Of a DNA stretch of 32,000 nt, positions 27,969-32,000 are shown in pieces (within the stretch, counting starts at the first letter, position 1; every line of letters begins with the position of its first letter). The notes below the pieces were generated by a model. It worked only from the letters and a program-made list of their open reading frames with translations. It searched no databases and was not told where the DNA came from. This DNA comes from Candidatus Fokinia solitaria. GTDB taxonomy: Bacteria; Pseudomonadota; Alphaproteobacteria; Rickettsiales; Midichloriaceae. Both the position numbers and the translations under genes were made by a program. The stretch is from assembly GCF_003072485.1 (NCBI RefSeq), contig NZ_CP025989.1, positions 60,001 through 92,000 on the forward strand, given 5' to 3'.

Positions 27969-28538
27969 ATGTCATATGTCAATCAATTGGTGAGTATTGA
28001 AAGTACTCCAAATCCAGAAGCTAAAAAGTTCGTCTTTCAAGCTAGATTAATAGAAAGTTCAACATCGTACATATTCGATAGATCGAGTATATCAAGGTCT
28101 TATACTTCCGAATTAGCGGATCTTATTCTAAAGAATGAGGCAGTTTCTGATGTAATGATTGCCGGTGATTTTGTTGTAGTGACAAAAGTTAAAGGTTCTG
28201 AATGGAGTTCTCTACAAATGGAGTTATCCTGCTTGCTTGTAGAATATTTCTGCAACTCTCAAGGAGATATCGTAAAATGCACTAATGATGAAGAAAAAAA
28301 CTGCACCAATGATGAGATTTCTAATCAGATAAAAAAGCTTTTAGATGAACTCGTTAAGCCTGCAGTTGCACAAGATGGCGGAGATATTGTTTTTGTGAAA
28401 TTTGAAGAAGGAAAAGTATACGTTAAAATGACAGGCGCATGCAACGGGTGTCCGAGTTCAACTTATACTTTGAAAAATGGCGTTGAGGTAATGCTGCAGC
28501 ATTATATCCCTGAAGTAGTGGAGGTGATTGCTATTTAA
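27969..28538 (+). CDS. Nfu/NifU-like Fe-S cluster scaffold protein
   Basis: N-terminal SIESTPNPEAKKFVF (Nfu_N) and C-terminal VKPAVAQDGGDIVFVKFEEGKVYVKMTGACNGCPSSTYTLKNGVEVML. Confidence 0.93.
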   Translation: MSYVNQLVSIESTPNPEAKKFVFQARLIESSTSYIFDRSSISRSYTSELADLILKNEAVSDVMIAGDFVVVTKVKGSEWSSLQMELSCLLVEYFCNSQGDIVKCTNDEEKNCTNDEISNQIKKLLDELVKPAVAQDGGDIVFVKFEEGKVYVKMTGACNGCPSSTYTLKNGVEVMLQHYIPEVVEVIAI

Positions 28539-28555
28539 TTAATCAGTAATGAGCT

Positions 28556-28882
28556 ATGAGTGATATACAGAAAAAAATAGAAGATATTATCAATGCGAAT
28601 GATATCGTGCTTTTCATGAAAGGTACTGCCTCTATTCCAATGTGCGGTTTCTCCAGTACGGCAGTAGCGATTTTGAATCGTTTTAATCTACACTTTTTGA
28701 CGATTGATGTATTGTCAGATAATGATATCAGAAGCGGTATCAAGATATATTCAGAATGGCCAACAATCCCTCAGTTATATGTTAAGCAGCAATTCATAGG
28801 AGGTTCTGATATTATGAAGATAATGTACGAAAATGGAGAATTTGAATCGTTGTTGAGAAAACACATGTTGTATGATGAGTAA
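28556..28882 (+). CDS. grxD: Monothiol glutaredoxin (Grx4 family)
   Basis: VLFMKGTASIPMCGFSSTAVAILN with CGFS active site; EWPTIPQLYVKQQFIGGSDIMKIMYENGEF. Confidence 0.95.
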   Translation: MSDIQKKIEDIINANDIVLFMKGTASIPMCGFSSTAVAILNRFNLHFLTIDVLSDNDIRSGIKIYSEWPTIPQLYVKQQFIGGSDIMKIMYENGEFESLLRKHMLYDE

Positions 28883-29486
28883 TAGTATCAACTATAAAAA
28901 TGCTACATTTGTATGTGGTACTACAAGCGTTAGTTATGCGTTAAAGCAACTACAGTATCCTGAGATTGCCGTATACGGAAGGTCGAATGTTGGAAAATCA
29001 AGTATTATCAATGCAATCACGGAATGTAAGGGATTATGTCGAAAATCGATGAAGCCTGGCTGTACAATGCAGCTTAATTATTTTTTGATTGATGACAAAT
29101 TGATGATAGTCGATATGCCAGGGTATGGCTTCGCAAGACGTAGTAAAGTCGAGATCGGAAAAAGCTATAATATTGCAAGAAATTATATAGCGAATAGCAC
29201 ATCTCTGAAGGCTTTACTGTTACTGATTGATATAAGGAGAGGATGCAAAGAGAATGATATTGAGATGATAAAGCTATTATGCGAAGAAGGGAGAAGATTT
29301 GTAATAGTATTCACTAAAGGCGATAAAGTATGCGAAGAAGCGAGAGAGCATGCTAGATTGAATCTAGAGAGTATTTTAAAAGAGCATGGCCTAGATGAAG
29401 GTATAGGAGAAGCAACGATTGTCACAAGTAGTAAAAAAGGTAAAAATATATCAGCATTAAGAGAATTAATCAGTGAAGTTATTTAG
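28872..29486 (+). CDS. engB: Ribosome biogenesis GTP-binding protein (YihA/YsxC/EngB)
   Basis: EIAVYGRSNVGKSSIINAITECKGLCRKSMKPGCTMQLNYFLIDDKLMIVDMPGYGFA, VFTKGDKV, VTSSKKGKNISALRELI. Confidence 0.93.
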   Translation: MMSNSINYKNATFVCGTTSVSYALKQLQYPEIAVYGRSNVGKSSIINAITECKGLCRKSMKPGCTMQLNYFLIDDKLMIVDMPGYGFARRSKVEIGKSYNIARNYIANSTSLKALLLLIDIRRGCKENDIEMIKLLCEEGRRFVIVFTKGDKVCEEAREHARLNLESILKEHGLDEGIGEATIVTSSKKGKNISALRELISEVI

Positions 29487-30078
29487 AATCGCGATCGATA
29501 CTAACACCACTGCCTGATTTAGGAGTAACAAGTTTTACGGAATGTTTTGATATATATTGCTTCCACATAGATTGCGATTTGATAGTGCTACTGTGTTTGA
29601 TGCACAATAAGACTGCACCTATAGTAGCTATCAGTAAGATAAAGCCTATCAGTATTACGTACTGATAATGAGAGTCGTACAATGCAATACCGATTTCTGT
29701 TGCTTTGAATACCTTTGGCTGTTTGACTTCGCCTTCTATGTTGAGTAAATACACGTTTACGCACAACAGCGGTACTACTCCAAGAAATGGCCATAGTGCT
29801 ATTTTTGATTTTTCGTGCATCTCACTTTCTTGTGACATGCCTACTATTGCGAATAAGAAAAGTACCGCAATCGCGCCTACGTATACTATGAGTAGCATGA
29901 AGGCAAGATACTCCGCACCCATCATTATGTATAAAAATGATGTACCTACAAACGCAAGTATTACACCAAGTGTAGTGTAAACAAGTACTGATGAAATAAC
30001 GGTGTATGCTAAGCACAAAATAATAGTGGAAGATATGCAGACGAAAAGAAAGTCGGCGGATAATATCGTTGGACTCAT
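29479..30078 (-). CDS. nuoJ: NADH-quinone oxidoreductase subunit J
   Basis: GTSFLYIMMGAEYLAFMLLIVYVGAIAVLFLFAIVGM is the canonical NuoJ core; ends near the convergent engB. Confidence 0.92.
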   Translation of the reverse strand: MSPTILSADFLFVCISSTIILCLAYTVISSVLVYTTLGVILAFVGTSFLYIMMGAEYLAFMLLIVYVGAIAVLFLFAIVGMSQESEMHEKSKIALWPFLGVVPLLCVNVYLLNIEGEVKQPKVFKATEIGIALYDSHYQYVILIGFILLIATIGAVLLCIKHSSTIKSQSMWKQYISKHSVKLVTPKSGSGVSIDRDSK

Positions 30079-30094
30079 GAACTCGAGATTGTTA

Positions 30095-30170
30095 TGGTGA
30101 TCCTGATGCGACTCGAACGCATGACCTACTGATTAAAAGTCAGTTGCTCTACCGACTGAGCTACAGGATC
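30095..30170 (-). tRNA. tRNA-Lys(TTT)
   Basis: Reverse complement GATCCTGTAGCTCAGTCGGTAGAGCAACTGACTTTTAATCAGTAGGTCATGCGTTCGAGTCGCATCAGGATCACCA; full cloverleaf, encoded CCA. Confidence 0.97.
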
Positions 30171-30534
30171 ACGGCAGTATCTTGACACTACGAGTGGATG
30201 GTATAAAAATATGGCTGACTTGTCTATATAATTCGGAAGTTTTCTGAAAATTTCCAAGAAGTTGCTTGGTGAACCGATTGGCGCTGAAGAGATGAGGAGA
30301 GGAGGGGAGGAGATGATGGAGAACATGTAATTCTATTTTGTCTCTGAACTTTCGATGTCTTAAAATAACTCACCAAGCAGGCAGGGAGGGCTGTTTCCTT
30401 CATGCGAGTTAACGATCATAGACTGTCACAGTTTGAAACTGTCTCAAGTAGCGCTTTAGAGTATTTCTCATATCCGTTGAATTATTTGGTAGAATTTGGT
30501 AAATCGTACCAGATATGAATGTAGAGCGGATGAT

Positions 30535-32000
30535 ATGAGCTTTGAATTGCTAGGCACGCTGAATAGAGTTCGCAGAAAGAGTAATAAAGGATACGATGTG
30601 CTAAGTCCTATTTATGAACTACTTCTCAATGCTGTCAATGCCGAATGTAATAACGAGAAGGTAGATAAAGATGTTACTATCGAGATAGAATACACAACGA
30701 AGGAGATACATAAGAAAAAGTATATTAATTATATTAAAATTTCTGATTACGGAGTTGGATTTAGCGAAGACAATTTTCAATCATTCAAAAATCTGTACTC
30801 AAGTACAAATCAAAAACTTGGCTGTAAGGGAGTAGGAAGATTTCAAATTATGAGATCTTTTCATCAGATCAAAGTTAAGAGCTTTGATGATAATAAAAGA
30901 TTTTCTTTCGATTTAGCGGAGTGCAACTATAACCAAAACAACATAGAAGGATTTTCAGAGAAACAGAGCCTTAATAGTTGCGATGCTGAAGCGAAAAAAA
31001 CGGTAGTTGAATGTGTTTATGATATAGCGAAAAAGAATAAGGATTTTGATGATGCTATACCTATGGCAGCGCCTGATGAAGAGGACGTGAAGGAGAAAAT
31101 TTTTTCAAAATTACTACTGAAATTAATATTACTTAAGAAAAGTGAATTTTGCATCGATATTAAATTGCAAGGTAAAAGTTTCATTACAAATACTGATATT
31201 GACGATCTGTCTGATATTGAGCAATCTTTTACTATCAAGGATATTGATGATAAGTTTACAATCTATCATTTGGTGACTAACCGTATTAAAGCAAAAACGA
31301 ATGAATGTAGAAATTATATTACATATGTAGCGGATGCTGTTGAGGTGACGAAAGACACATCTTTTTTTCAAGGTAAATCAAAATTTTTATACGAAGATGA
31401 TGAGAAGAAGCGATATATAGGTATTATAGAAAGTGACTATTTAAATAAACATGTTTCAGATAATAGGGAGGAATTTGATATAAAGCAGGAGACTTTTGAT
31501 AGTATTACAGAGAGTTGCAATGAACAAGTTGAGCGTAAGCTGAAAAAGGAACTCGAAAAGTACTATTCTGTTCAAGAGGATAAAATTAATAGAGTAAACG
31601 ATATGTATCCATTCTTAAAAGTAAAAGATCGATGTTTTGAGTACAAGCCGGATGACACGGAGGATGATATAGCTGAAAAAGGTTACATTTATTTGGCAAA
31701 AAAAGGATTTAAAAGCTTTAATGGTCTTAAAGAAAGGCTACTACAGTTCAATGAGAAGATAGCAGATAACATAAAGGACAAACAAGGAACATTATTTCCA
31801 GAGACTTCTTTAAAAGAAGAAATTTGTAATATAGCTGACGCAATTCAGAATGTTAGGAAGGATTCTTTAGCACGCGCGGTAACAGAAGAGTATGTAATCT
31901 TGCGGTTACTCGAAGAATATATTAAGCAAGAAAGTAAAGAATCTTGTATACATGAGCTTGTCTTTCCAAGATTTAAAAAGTACAGTAACGAAGAAAAAGA
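30535..32000 (+). CDS. GHKL (HATPase_c / Bergerat-fold) ATPase-domain protein, C-terminus cut off by window end
   Basis: Manually translated frame from ATG 30535 with no stop to 32000: MSFELLGTLNRVRRKSNKGYDVLSPIYELLLNAVNAECNNEKV...YIKISDYGVGFSEDNFQSFKNLYSSTNQKLGCKGVGRFQIMRSFHQIKVKSFDDNKRFSF... showing N-box, G1 (DYGVGF) and G2 (KGVGRF). Missing from the ORF track because it is open at the edge. Confidence 0.85.
   Translation, partial: MSFELLGTLNRVRRKSNKGYDVLSPIYELLLNAVNAECNNEKVDKDVTIEIEYTTKEIHKKKYINYIKISDYGVGFSEDNFQSFKNLYSSTNQKLGCKGVGRFQIMRSFHQIKVKSFDDNKRFSFDLAECNYNQNNIEGFSEKQSLNSCDAEAKKTVVECVYDIAKKNKDFDDAIPMAAPDEEDVKEKIFSKLLLKLILLKKSEFCIDIKLQGKSFITNTDIDDLSDIEQSFTIKDIDDKFTIYHLVTNRIKAKTNECRNYITYVADAVEVTKDTSFFQGKSKFLYEDDEKKRYIGIIESDYLNKHVSDNREEFDIKQETFDSITESCNEQVERKLKKELEKYYSVQEDKINRVNDMYPFLKVKDRCFEYKPDDTEDDIAEKGYIYLAKKGFKSFNGLKERLLQFNEKIADNIKDKQGTLFPETSLKEEICNIADAIQNVRKDSLARAVTEEYVILRLLEEYIKQESKESCIHELVFPRFKKYSNEEK

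Noticed and set aside
30126-30326. 66-aa minus ORF ending in DPVAQSVEQLTFNQ
   Set aside because: Terminal part is translated tRNA-Lys; the remainder is low-complexity antisense of the purine tract.
30095-30534. Possible genomic-island integration at the tRNA-Lys 3' end
   Set aside because: The tRNA 3' end faces nuoJ, not the GHKL gene, and I found no integrase or duplicated tRNA 3' fragment in the window.
31017-31371. Minus-strand ORFs antisense to the GHKL ATPase
   Set aside because: Short overlapping frames inside a long open plus-strand coding region; no domain signature.

Overview
AT-rich, mostly housekeeping chromosomal window. Gene content (fused ispDF, COQ9-family gene, Nfu-type scaffold, CGFS glutaredoxin, cmk-rpsA pair, PrtD/PrtE-like type I secretion genes) fits an alphaproteobacterium, probably a Rickettsiales-like intracellular bacterium; this taxonomic guess is inference. 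Supported content: porin-like gene cut by the left edge, a two-gene type I secretion locus, a dinD homologue, rpsN, rpsA, cmk, murD, an outer-membrane barrel protein, a YraN-family gene, htpG, an AI-2E/PerM family gene, a solute-binding protein, an MsbA-like ABC exporter, queD, three tandem paralogous coiled-coil-rich genes, tRNA-Ala(TGC), tRNA-Gly(GCC), acyl carrier protein, rplQ, ispDF, rsmA, a COQ9-like gene, nfu, grxD, engB, nuoJ, tRNA-Lys(TTT), and a large GHKL (Bergerat-fold) ATPase cut by the right edge. The least conventional locus is 19.3-23.6 kb: three tandem copies of an uncharacterised gene family with near-identical conversion-like blocks, a 36-bp internal repeat, a shared start-proximal element and hairpin-bearing spacers. 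The right-edge GHKL ATPase is a second candidate (possible defence or accessory gene), but its neighbourhood lies outside the window. No CRISPR array, transposase, integrase or phage gene was seen.
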